Assembly (NCBI GenBank): GCA_018647405.1
Contig: JABGTD010000061.1
Coordinates: forward strand, 26,570-58,569
Reading direction: 5' to 3'
Length of the DNA: 32,000 nucleotides
Source of the DNA: Nitrososphaerota archaeon
GTDB lineage: Archaea; Thermoproteota; Nitrososphaeria; Nitrososphaerales; Nitrosopumilaceae
The translations under genes were made by a program, and so were the position numbers. The notes under the pieces were generated by a model that ran no database searches, was not told the DNA's origin, and saw only the letters and a program-made list of their open reading frames with translations. Every line of letters begins with the position of its first letter. Position 1 is the stretch's first letter. This document shows positions 1 through 8,398 of the stretch, in pieces.

Positions 1-522
1 AATCCACAATCTGTAACTTTACTAATTCGTGGTGGTTCTCAACGTGTAGTTGATGAAGTAGACCGTTCTATTCATGATTCACTAATGGTTGTTAAAGATG
101 TAATTGAAAAACCAGAAATTGTAGCAGGTGGTGGTGCACCTGAAGCTGTATTGGCATCATTCTTGAAAGATTGGTCTGAAAGATTTGAAGGTCGACAACA
201 ATTAGCAATTAACAAATTTGCTGAAGCATTAGAAGTTATTCCATTAACTATTGCAGAGAATGCAGGTATGGATCCAATTGATACCATGGTTAAACTACGT
301 GCAAGACAAAGTGAAGGCAAAAAATGGACTGGAATTGATGCAAAAGAAGGAAGAGTAGCTGACATGTTATCCAAAAATATTGTTGAACCCGTTGTTGTAA
401 AAGAGCAAATTATAAAGTCTGCAACAGAAGCTGCATCAATGATTCTTAGAATTGATGATGTAATTGCAATCTCTGGTGGTTCTGGTGGCGGTATGCCTCC
501 TGGAATGCCACCAATGGGATAA
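1..522 (+). CDS. ths: thermosome (group II chaperonin) subunit, C-terminal part; 5-prime end outside window
   Basis: Frame 1 is open from base 1 (NPQSVTLLIRGGSQRVVDEVDRSIHDSL precedes the listed Met at 85). Motifs VAGGGAPE, IPLTIAENAG and EPVVVKEQIIKSATEAASMILRIDDVI, plus the Gly/Met/Pro tail GGSGGGMPPGMPPMG, are typical of archaeal thermosomes. Stop TAA at 520-522. Confidence 0.9.
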   Translation, partial: NPQSVTLLIRGGSQRVVDEVDRSIHDSLMVVKDVIEKPEIVAGGGAPEAVLASFLKDWSERFEGRQQLAINKFAEALEVIPLTIAENAGMDPIDTMVKLRARQSEGKKWTGIDAKEGRVADMLSKNIVEPVVVKEQIIKSATEAASMILRIDDVIAISGGSGGGMPPGMPPMG

Positions 523-664
523 ATTTTTCAAAAAGCGGTTCTAGCAATAAAAAATTCTACATACAAATAATATTTCTTGTAAGGGTTGGCTATGACGACA
601 AAAATCTTGTAGTTTGCTATCTGAACCGCTTTTCATAATTAATTTGAGTGATTTTTGGATATAA

Positions 665-826
665 GATCCGCTGAGGACTTATCCATTATCCATTTTTACT
701 GGTTTATCTCCGTCATGGATACCATCTAACTCTGGTTCATACGAAGCAACAGTCTTTGTATGGGAGAGCGTAGATAATCCAACTGCTCTATCTGATACAG
801 TATCAGTAAGCATCCGAGTCATATGA
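665..826 (+). pseudogene. orphan 3-prime fragment of a surface (S-layer-like) protein gene; no start codon
   Basis: Frame 2 between stop TAA 662-664 and stop TGA 824-826 reads DPLRTYPLSIFTGLSPSWIPSNSGSYEATVFVWESVDNPTALSDTVSVSIRVI. The intact 1779-aa protein ends in ...SFSPALSWIPTSSGSYEATVFVWESVDNPSALSDTVSVSIRVV. There is no in-frame ATG, GTG or TTG with upstream context, and it is not in the ORF track. Confidence 0.75.
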
Positions 827-895
827 GGTAATTAGACATCAAACTTTCCTTTTTTTCTTTTTTTTGAACATCTCTTAACGAAAGTTATAGACAAA
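730..895 (+). repeat. left copy of a 166-bp direct repeat (partner 31423-31588)
   Basis: Manual alignment gives 162 of 166 identical, with mismatches at 782, 821, 825 and 871. Weaker similarity continues upstream to about 677-712 and downstream to about 903 with a 3-nt indel. Confidence 0.9.
845..865 (+). terminator. oligo-T tract (archaeal-type terminator), duplicated copy
   Basis: tttcctttttttcttttttttg lies directly after the fragment stop and is identical to the tract after the intact surface-protein gene. Confidence 0.5.
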
Positions 896-924
896 CTCAA
901 AACCCATTAGTTCATTCAGTATAC

Positions 925-1794
925 ATGAAGAAAATTGGAATTGATTTGGGTGGAACAAAAATTGAAGGAATACTTGTTGATGATAATTATAAAACGATAA
1001 CTCGAAAACGCATTCCAACAAATCAAGATAATGGATACAATTCAATCCTTGAATCTATTAAAAATTTATGTATGGAACTTATGCCAGAATCAAATGAAAA
1101 TATATCCATAGGTGTTTGTACTCCTGGAGCATTATCTCTTAATTCAGGCTTGATAAAAAATAGTAATACACAGTGTTTAATTGGAAAAGATCTTCAAAAT
1201 GATTTAAAAAATATTTTACATCATGATATATCCATTGAAAATGATGCTAATTGTTTTGCATTAGCAGAAGCAAACTTAGGAGCCGGTAAAGATTCTAATC
1301 TAGTATTTGGTGTAATAATGGGTACTGGTGTTGGCGGCGGAATAACCATCAATGGAAAAATTCATCATGGTAGAAACAACATTGCTGGGGAATGGGGTCA
1401 TCATTGTCTTCATAATGATGGCAATAGATGCTATTGTGGTAATAGTGGCTGTGTTGAAACGTACATTAGCGGTCCTTCATTAGAGCAAAACTGGTCTCAA
1501 CTATCTGGTTTGAATCAATCATTACCTGAAATTCTCCAGAATTTTAATAATCAGCATTTTCAAAATTGGAAAAAATCATTTATTGATAATTTTGCATTAT
1601 CATTATCAAATGTAATTGATATTTTAGATCCTGATATGATAATACTGGGAGGGGGACTTTCTAACATTGATTTTCTTTATGATGAAGCAAAAAATGCTGT
1701 TTATGATAAAGTATTCAGTGATGCAGTTGATACTCCTATTGTAAAAAATCTACTTGGTGATTCTGCAGGTGTATTTGGTGCCTGTTTGTTATAA
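925..1794 (+). CDS. ROK-family sugar kinase (Mak/NagK-like fructokinase or N-acetylglucosamine kinase type)
   Basis: N-terminal IGIDLGGTKIEG ATP-binding motif, NDANCFALAE, GEWGH, the ROK zinc motif CYCGNSGCVETYISG and ILDPDMIILGGGLSN. Collinear by eye with E. coli Mak/YajF. Confidence 0.85.
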   Translation: MKKIGIDLGGTKIEGILVDDNYKTITRKRIPTNQDNGYNSILESIKNLCMELMPESNENISIGVCTPGALSLNSGLIKNSNTQCLIGKDLQNDLKNILHHDISIENDANCFALAEANLGAGKDSNLVFGVIMGTGVGGGITINGKIHHGRNNIAGEWGHHCLHNDGNRCYCGNSGCVETYISGPSLEQNWSQLSGLNQSLPEILQNFNNQHFQNWKKSFIDNFALSLSNVIDILDPDMIILGGGLSNIDFLYDEAKNAVYDKVFSDAVDTPIVKNLLGDSAGVFGACLL

Positions 1795-1796
1795 TC

Positions 1797-3320
1797 TTAT
1801 TGAGGTTCAATTGTTGCTGGTGGTTTACTTGAAATTACATAAGAAACCCAGGTTACTTCATCAATTTCATTAGTAATTCTATTACTAATTTTTTCTAATA
1901 CTCCATTTGGAAGTCTAGTCCAGTCTGCAGTCATTGCATCAATAGAATCTACAACTCTAACTGTGACAATTCTTCCATATCTTCGTTCATCTCCTACAAC
2001 TCCAACTGCTTTATCATCACCCACTGCTGCATATGCTTGCCAAACTTTGTCATAAACTCCTGCATCCCATAATTCATCTTCAACAATTTTACTTGCTTTT
2101 CTACAGATTACTAATTTTGAAGGAGTAATCTCTCCAATAATTCGTACAGATAATCCTGGTCCTGGAAATGGATGTCTTTTTAGTAGTTTTTCTGGAACAC
2201 CTAAAATTCTAGCAATATCTCTTACTTCATCTTTATACAATTCTTTTAATGGTTCCAAAATTTTAAGATCTAACCAATCTGGTAATCCACCAACATTGTG
2301 ATGAGATTTTATTACTGCAGCTGGACCTTTTGAGACTCCACTTTCAATTATATCTGGATAAAGTGTACCTTGTGCTAACCATTTGAATGGCCCCTTCTCT
2401 TTTGCAAACTCGGTAAATACTTGAACGAATTCCTCTCCTACAATCTTTCTTTTTTGTTCAGGATCTGTTATTCCTTTTAATTTTGAAAGAAATTGTTCAC
2501 TTGCATCTCTTCTATGAAAATTCAATGAAAAATTATTTTTGAACATATCTTCAATTTCTTTTGATTCATCTAATCTCAACAATCCATTATCTACAAAAAC
2601 CCCTGTTAGTCTATTTCCTATGGCTTTGTGTATCAATAGTGCAGCAACTGTTGAATCAATACCTCCACTAACTCCACATAATACATTTCCATCAATTTCA
2701 GAGATTTCCTTGACTGTTTTTTCTACAAATCCTTCCATTGTCCATTCCTGTTTGGCTTTACAAACATTCAAAACAAAATTCTTCAAAATATCGGTTCCTC
2801 GTTCAGTATGAACTACTTCTGGATGAAATTGAATACCAAATACGGTTCTATCTGTATTTGCTATTGCAGCTGCATGTGAATTTTCTGTATGACCAATAAC
2901 TTCAAAATTTGTTGGAATCTCTTCGGCCTCATCTCCGTGACTCATCCATGCACGAATTGATTCACCAATACCATCTAACAATTTTGAATCTTTATCCATT
3001 GAAAGAAGAGATGAACCATATTCTTTATTTGCACGTTTCACTTTCCCTCCAAATTTATTTACAATTAATTGATGGCCATAACAAATTCCTAATAATGGCA
3101 AGTCAAAATTGAATAATTCTTCATCAGGTTTTGGTGCATCTTCATTATAGACGCTTGACGGTCCGCCTGAAAAAATAATTCCCTTTGGATTCATCTTCTT
3201 TAGTTCTTCAGCTGATATGTCGTATGGAACTAATTCTGCATAAACTGAAAACTCTCTAATTCTTCTACAAATCAAATGACTATACTGTGACCCAAAATCT
3301 AGAACAATTATTTTTTCCAT
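1797..3320 (-). CDS. guaA: GMP synthase (glutamine-hydrolysing), fused GATase plus ATP-pyrophosphatase form
   Basis: VLDFGSQYSHLICRRIRE, GICYGHQL and FHPEV (GATase triad region), SGGIDSTV (PP-loop), C-terminal dimerisation region ending ATIEPQ. 507 aa. Confidence 0.95.
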   Translation of the reverse strand: MEKIIVLDFGSQYSHLICRRIREFSVYAELVPYDISAEELKKMNPKGIIFSGGPSSVYNEDAPKPDEELFNFDLPLLGICYGHQLIVNKFGGKVKRANKEYGSSLLSMDKDSKLLDGIGESIRAWMSHGDEAEEIPTNFEVIGHTENSHAAAIANTDRTVFGIQFHPEVVHTERGTDILKNFVLNVCKAKQEWTMEGFVEKTVKEISEIDGNVLCGVSGGIDSTVAALLIHKAIGNRLTGVFVDNGLLRLDESKEIEDMFKNNFSLNFHRRDASEQFLSKLKGITDPEQKRKIVGEEFVQVFTEFAKEKGPFKWLAQGTLYPDIIESGVSKGPAAVIKSHHNVGGLPDWLDLKILEPLKELYKDEVRDIARILGVPEKLLKRHPFPGPGLSVRIIGEITPSKLVICRKASKIVEDELWDAGVYDKVWQAYAAVGDDKAVGVVGDERRYGRIVTVRVVDSIDAMTADWTRLPNGVLEKISNRITNEIDEVTWVSYVISSKPPATIEPQ

Positions 3321-3324
3321 TTTC

Positions 3325-3945
3325 TTACTTAGCTGAATTTTCTAGCATTCTTGTAAGTGACCATGTAGCTGTATTGATTATCTCATCCAATCTCTCTTTT
3401 TGTCTATAATTTTTTATGATTATTTCTCTAATCGCTGGTCCATTTTTATTAATTACACAATCAATTACTGAACTCTGATCAATTTTTCCATTTTTGACAT
3501 CTGCACTATCTATTTTTTTCATTTCTCCAATAATTCTCTCGATAAAAAATGATCTGAGTGGTGGTATTTCATCTGTGAGTCCAATTCCTTCACTCATTAT
3601 TATGGAAATTTTTTCAGGAGTCACAAATGCATTGGCGATAACTTCTCCATCTTTATTTTTCTTAATTTGAATTGATTCTGCTGTATCTTTTTTCTCCACT
3701 ATGGTTTCTACACTTGGTTCTTTTTTCTCCACTATGGTTTCTACACTTGGTTCTGATTTTCTTGGTAATGAAGATGCTTTGGTAAAACTAGATCCTTTCA
3801 AAACTACATCTAGTATGTCCAAATTTTTCTGTAGAAAGTCTAATTCTTCTTGATGTTTTGCCATTTTATCTACTATTGATTCTTTTAATTGTAACATTTT
3901 TTCGATCTGCTCGTCAGTATACTGCATAACTATTAGAAAACTCAT
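3325..3945 (-). CDS. hypothetical protein with predicted N-terminal coiled coil and an internal perfect 11-aa tandem repeat
   Basis: The ORF ends 4 nt upstream of the guaA start on the same strand, so it is probably co-transcribed. Contains EPSVETIVEKK twice. No family recognised. Confidence 0.6.
   Translation of the reverse strand: MSFLIVMQYTDEQIEKMLQLKESIVDKMAKHQEELDFLQKNLDILDVVLKGSSFTKASSLPRKSEPSVETIVEKKEPSVETIVEKKDTAESIQIKKNKDGEVIANAFVTPEKISIIMSEGIGLTDEIPPLRSFFIERIIGEMKKIDSADVKNGKIDQSSVIDCVINKNGPAIREIIIKNYRQKERLDEIINTATWSLTRMLENSAK
3688..3753. repeat. perfect tandem duplication, 2 x 33 bp, in frame inside the 206-aa ORF
   Basis: ttttttctccactatggtttctacacttggttc occurs at 3688-3720 and again at 3721-3753 with no mismatch. 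Confidence 0.95.
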
Positions 3946-3963
3946 TCAGTATTAAAACGCATT

Positions 3964-4710
3964 CTAAAAGTTTTCAATAAACTCTAGGTCAATCATTCTA
4001 ATAGTTTTGTAACCCTTCATTCTTTTCGTTGAATACAACTCTGCTTTTGATTTTGTTGCAAACCATTCAATAATCATTTTTCCAAATTTCAATTTTTTTA
4101 TCTTTGTTCTACGATTGATTACTTTGTGTTTTGAATATTTTCCAATTTTTTGGCCAAAATCCATTCCAATTAAAATAATTTTACTTGCATTGAAATATTC
4201 TGCGAGAAATACACATCTATCTCCATCTGTAAATCCACCAAAATTCTCTAATTTCCCAAATTCTCTTGTTTGCGTAGTACCTATCACATTTGAAAGTTCT
4301 TTTACAATTTCTAATCTATTTGAATTATCTCCATGTGCATGAACTATTATCGGAATTTTTGTTTTTCCAATTTTTTTAATACTTTTCAAGTCTCCATCTA
4401 GGTCAGTAACTAAAATATCTGGTTTGATATTTTTTTCTAATAATGCCCTCACTGCACCATCAGCTACAATTTTTGTAACATTCTTAGATTTTTTAATATA
4501 TTTTAATGATTTAGATAATGATGGTCCTGCACCAATAACGAAAACTGTTTTACCTCTAATTATATTTTGAATTTGTTTTATTGAATTTTTTCTTTTTAAT
4601 AAAAAGTTTAATTTTTTAGCAGAAATAAGATCCTCTTTTTCTGAATATCCAAAACTCTTTCTAATTTCATTGAATTTAGTTTTCCATCCACGAATTGTCA
4701 TATCACTCAA
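3964..4710 (-). CDS. mptE: MptE-like 6-hydroxymethyl-7,8-dihydropterin pyrophosphokinase (archaeal DUF115 family)
   Basis: VIGAGPSL, VADGA, LVTDLDGD and VHAHGDN motifs are characteristic of the archaeal MptE family as I remember it. Divergently paired with a dihydropteroate-synthase-family gene. Confidence 0.65.
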   Translation of the reverse strand: MSDMTIRGWKTKFNEIRKSFGYSEKEDLISAKKLNFLLKRKNSIKQIQNIIRGKTVFVIGAGPSLSKSLKYIKKSKNVTKIVADGAVRALLEKNIKPDILVTDLDGDLKSIKKIGKTKIPIIVHAHGDNSNRLEIVKELSNVIGTTQTREFGKLENFGGFTDGDRCVFLAEYFNASKIILIGMDFGQKIGKYSKHKVINRRTKIKKLKFGKMIIEWFATKSKAELYSTKRMKGYKTIRMIDLEFIENF

Positions 4711-4734
4711 ATAGATTACCTTATCATAAATGAT

Positions 4735-5613
4735 ATGACAAAATTAGGTAATCTTGTAGTTGGAAGAAAAAATAAAATTACCATTATGGGAATTTTGAAC
4801 ATTAGTCCTGAATCATTTTATAAAAAATCTGTAAAATCCACAAAATCAGAAATATCAAAGTATTTGTTAGATATGGAGGAAAATGGTGCCAATATTATAG
4901 ATATTGGAGGAATGTCTACTGCGCCATATCTCAAAACAATTGTTTCTGAAAAAACTGAATCTAAACGAATAACAAAAACAATCAAAATTATACAAAATTT
5001 ATCTAACATTCCAATCTCTGTTGATACTTGTAGAGCATCAGTTGCAAAAGATGCACTTGAATTAGGAATTGATGTAATTAATGATATTTCTGGTTTAAAG
5101 CACGATGCGAATATGCCAAAAATTATAGAAAAATATAGCCCATCTGTAATTTTATGTTCATACAGTAAACAACTTGTAAAAGGTAATTTGATATCCACAA
5201 CAAAAAAACTTTTGAATGAAAGTGTAAAAATTGCAAAAAGTGCACAAATATCTGAAGACAAAATTGTAGTCGATCCATCTATTGGTTTCTTTAGACGTTC
5301 TTCTGATGTAAAAAATAAACTTCCATATACAAAAATTAATTCTGATTGGGCTCAACGTGATGTTGAAATTATTAAAAAATTAAAACTTCTAAAAACAAAT
5401 TTTCCAATTTTAGTTTCTATTTCGAATAAATCGTTTATAGGACGACTACTCGGAAAAGAAAATCCTGATGATCGAAATACTGGAACTGCAATTGCTGAAA
5501 TGTTATCAATAATCAATGGTGCATCGATAATTCGAACCCATAATCCACAAATTACCTCTGATGTTATCAAACTTACAAAATCCCTCACAAAAAAATCCAA
5601 GAAAGGCTTATAA
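4735..5613 (+). CDS. folP: dihydropteroate synthase family protein (pterin-binding TIM barrel)
   Basis: IMGILNISPESFY, IIDIGGMSTAPY, SVDT, VINDISG and VDPSIGF match the DHPS motif order, with the canonical GGESTRPG loop altered to GGMSTAPY. Confidence 0.8.
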   Translation: MTKLGNLVVGRKNKITIMGILNISPESFYKKSVKSTKSEISKYLLDMEENGANIIDIGGMSTAPYLKTIVSEKTESKRITKTIKIIQNLSNIPISVDTCRASVAKDALELGIDVINDISGLKHDANMPKIIEKYSPSVILCSYSKQLVKGNLISTTKKLLNESVKIAKSAQISEDKIVVDPSIGFFRRSSDVKNKLPYTKINSDWAQRDVEIIKKLKLLKTNFPILVSISNKSFIGRLLGKENPDDRNTGTAIAEMLSIINGASIIRTHNPQITSDVIKLTKSLTKKSKKGL

Positions 5614-5643
5614 CAGATTTTTTCTCTCTGGTAAAAGGTTCAT

Positions 5644-7080
5644 TTGACAATAAGAGAGGGATTTACTTTTGATGATGTTCTCCTTGTACCCAAATTTTCA
5701 GATATAACTAGTCGTTCACAAACAAATCTTTCAACAAATTTATCACGAAATATAAAACTCAATATTCCTTTAGTTAGCGCAAACATGGATACCGTCACTG
5801 AATCTATGATGGCTACAACAATGGCTAGACAAGGTGGAATTGGAATCCTTCATAGATTTTTAACAATAGAAGAAGAAGCAAATCAAGTTCTAAAAGTTAA
5901 ACGTTCTGGAAGTGTAATGATTGATAATCCATATCAAATATCTTCTGAAAAATCTATTGAAGAGGCTATGGATTTGATGAATGAAAAAGAAGTATCAGGA
6001 TTATTAGTTGTTGATTCTGATTCTAAACTTGTTGGAATTTTAACTGAACGTGATGTACTTTTTGAATCTATCACTTCGAAGAAAACTGTATCTGAATTAA
6101 TGACTAAAGATGTAATTTCTTCAAACGAAAATACATCATTAGATGATGCAAAAGATATTCTAAAAAGTCATAGAATTGAAAAATTACCCTTAGTTAATGA
6201 TAAAAATCAAATTGTTGGACTTTACACTACACAAGATATTATGAATATTGAGAATTTTCCCAATGCTTCAAAAGATAAGAAAGGTAGACCTCTTGTTGGT
6301 GCTGCAGTTGGAGTAAAGGGTGACTTTCTAGATAGAACTGAAGCATTACTTACAGCTGGTGCAGATGCGATTGTTGTTGATATTGCACATGGTCACAGCG
6401 AAAATGCAATTAGTACTGTAAAAAATATCAAAAAAGCATTTCCTGATTGTGAACTTATTGCTGGAAATGTAGCAACAGCACAAGGCACTGAAGATTTGAT
6501 TAAAGCTGGAGTTGATGCTGTAAAAGTTGGAGTTGGTTCTGGTTCTATTTGTATTACAAGAGTCATTACTGGTTCTGGTGTACCTCAATTAACTGCAGTT
6601 ATGGATTGTGCTGAAATTGGTAAACAATATGATATTCCAATTATATCTGACGGTGGAACAAGAACTTCTGGTGATGCCACAAAAGCACTTGCAGCCGGTG
6701 CCTCTGCTGTTATGCTAGGTGGCATGTTAGGTGGTACTGATGAGAGTCCTGGTTCAACAATTACAAAGAATGGAAAAAGATACAAGTTTTACAGTGGAAT
6801 GGCATCTTTAGGTGCTGCTCGAAGAAGAAAATCAAAAGAAACCACTCAAAGTGATGCTGATGATGATCTAAATGATTATGTTGCTGAAGGTGTAGAAGCA
6901 ATGGTTCCATACAAAGGAACTGTACTTGATATTCTTGTTCAGATTACTGGAGGAATACGTTCTGGTTTGAGTTATTGTGGAGGACATGATATTAAACAAA
7001 TGCAAAATAATGCTGAATTTATTAAAATGTCACGTGCTGGCTTTGCAGAAAGTCAACCACATGACGTTGATGTACTATAG
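5644..7080 (+). CDS. guaB: IMP dehydrogenase with CBS-pair insert; apparent TTG start
   Basis: FDDVLLVP, SANMDTVTE, tandem CBS region, VVDIAHGHS, GVGSGSICITRV (catalytic Cys loop), ISDGG and GEGV-like AEGVEAMVPYKG. Confidence 0.93.
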   Translation: MTIREGFTFDDVLLVPKFSDITSRSQTNLSTNLSRNIKLNIPLVSANMDTVTESMMATTMARQGGIGILHRFLTIEEEANQVLKVKRSGSVMIDNPYQISSEKSIEEAMDLMNEKEVSGLLVVDSDSKLVGILTERDVLFESITSKKTVSELMTKDVISSNENTSLDDAKDILKSHRIEKLPLVNDKNQIVGLYTTQDIMNIENFPNASKDKKGRPLVGAAVGVKGDFLDRTEALLTAGADAIVVDIAHGHSENAISTVKNIKKAFPDCELIAGNVATAQGTEDLIKAGVDAVKVGVGSGSICITRVITGSGVPQLTAVMDCAEIGKQYDIPIISDGGTRTSGDATKALAAGASAVMLGGMLGGTDESPGSTITKNGKRYKFYSGMASLGAARRRKSKETTQSDADDDLNDYVAEGVEAMVPYKGTVLDILVQITGGIRSGLSYCGGHDIKQMQNNAEFIKMSRAGFAESQPHDVDVL

Positions 7081-7114
7081 CTAATCTTTTATTGATTTAA
7101 AATCCAGTTTTTTT

Positions 7115-7585
7115 ATGTTAAATAAGCTCACAATAATTGGAATAATTATTGGAAGTGGAATTTCAATTCTTGGGGCAGCTTCTATGGTTACTTCATTAAA
7201 TTCTCCAAATGAAATTCAAGAAGATACTGCAACGTTTGGAGTTGGTGGTCTAGACAAAATCAACTTTAACGCACCTGAAAATTCATCTCAATCATTAACT
7301 GTAACTGGTGCTTCATTTGATATCAAAATTACAACTCCTGATTCAAGTAATGATGTAGATGCAAGTTTTAAAGATAAAGCAAGTTTTTCATGGACATCAA
7401 ATACTGCAGGTCAGACAATAATTGCAATACAGAATACTGGTGATTCTGAATTTACTGAAAATTATAAATTTGAATTAGCACGTGATCCATTATTTTTCAC
7501 ATATTCAGTTTTAGTAATTATTGCAGGAGTTGTGGTAATTGGATTTAGTGCTGGATTTAGTGCAAAAAAACCAAAAGGATTCTAA
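7115..7585 (+). CDS. hypothetical membrane protein with N- and C-terminal hydrophobic segments around a Ser/Thr/Asp-rich ~100-aa domain
   Basis: N-terminal IIGIIIGSGISILGAASMV; C-terminal LFFTYSVLVIIAGVVVIGFSAGF followed by the basic tail KKPKGF. No family recognised. Confidence 0.55.
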   Translation: MLNKLTIIGIIIGSGISILGAASMVTSLNSPNEIQEDTATFGVGGLDKINFNAPENSSQSLTVTGASFDIKITTPDSSNDVDASFKDKASFSWTSNTAGQTIIAIQNTGDSEFTENYKFELARDPLFFTYSVLVIIAGVVVIGFSAGFSAKKPKGF

Positions 7586-8397
7586 TCTAAATCTGCAATT
7601 GGGTATGAACCGATTATTTTAAGGAATATTGTATTTTTAGAAATTATATCTAAGACTGATTTAATTTTTGAATTTGAATAGTGTCCTAGAAAATCCACAA
7701 AAAAATTATACTCCCAATTTTTATTTTTGTTAGGTCTAGACTCAATCTTTGTTAAATTGATATCATTATCATTAAACTCTTTCAATATTTGATGTAATGC
7801 TCCGGGTTCATGTTTCACTGAAAATATAATTGATGTTTTATCTTTTGTACCCTCAATAGAATTTTCTTTTGAGAATATCAAAAAACGTGTATAATTATTT
7901 GGATTATTTTCAATTCCCTGTTTTACAATAGGTATGTTATACAAATTTCCTGCATTATTACTTGCAATTGCTGCAAAATGTATGTCATTCATTTCTTTAA
8001 TAATTTTTACACTTCCTGCTGTATCATATGTTGGCACAGTTTTCAATTTTTTATTTTGAATAAAATCACTACATTGTCCTAATGCTTGTGGATGTGAATA
8101 TACTGTTTCAATATCTTCTACTTTTCCAGTACTGATAAGACAATGTTCAACTTTGAAATATTGTTCACCTATTGCATGTAATTTTGTATGTGTAATTGCA
8201 TCGATACTTTGTCCAACCGTTCCCTCAATAGAGTTCTCAACAGGTAGGATACAATAATCACTATCCTCATTCTCAGTTATTTTCAATGTATCTTCAAAAC
8301 TATTGCATGGCACAGTTTCTATTTTTTCTTTAAAGAATTTCTTTATTGCACTTTCACTGTATGCTCCGTGTTCACCTTGAAATGATACTTTCTTCAT
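7582..8397 (-). CDS. pheA: prephenate dehydratase (PDT plus ACT domain)
   Basis: VSFQGEHGAYSE start, YSHPQALGQC, TRFLIF, and ACT region with LTKIESRP. 271 aa. Confidence 0.88.
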   Translation of the reverse strand: MKKVSFQGEHGAYSESAIKKFFKEKIETVPCNSFEDTLKITENEDSDYCILPVENSIEGTVGQSIDAITHTKLHAIGEQYFKVEHCLISTGKVEDIETVYSHPQALGQCSDFIQNKKLKTVPTYDTAGSVKIIKEMNDIHFAAIASNNAGNLYNIPIVKQGIENNPNNYTRFLIFSKENSIEGTKDKTSIIFSVKHEPGALHQILKEFNDNDINLTKIESRPNKNKNWEYNFFVDFLGHYSNSKIKSVLDIISKNTIFLKIIGSYPIADLD

Positions 8398-8398
8398 C

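Noticed and set aside
531-633. The inverted repeat as terminal inverted repeats of a MITE or IS element.
   Set aside because: No transposase, no obvious target-site duplication, a single occurrence in the window, and an interrupted stem. It is retained only as a low-interest structural observation.
3688-3753. The 33-bp tandem repeat as a mini CRISPR array or other non-coding repeat.
   Set aside because: Only two directly abutting copies with no spacers, in frame within an ORF and encoding a clean 11-aa duplication.
7460-7585. The C-terminal hydrophobic segment plus basic tail of the 156-aa protein as an archaeosortase (PGF or PEF-CTERM-type) sorting signal.
   Set aside because: The tripartite shape is suggestive, but the motif preceding the helix (DPLFF) does not match any CTERM signature I can recall with confidence. 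No archaeosortase gene is in the window.
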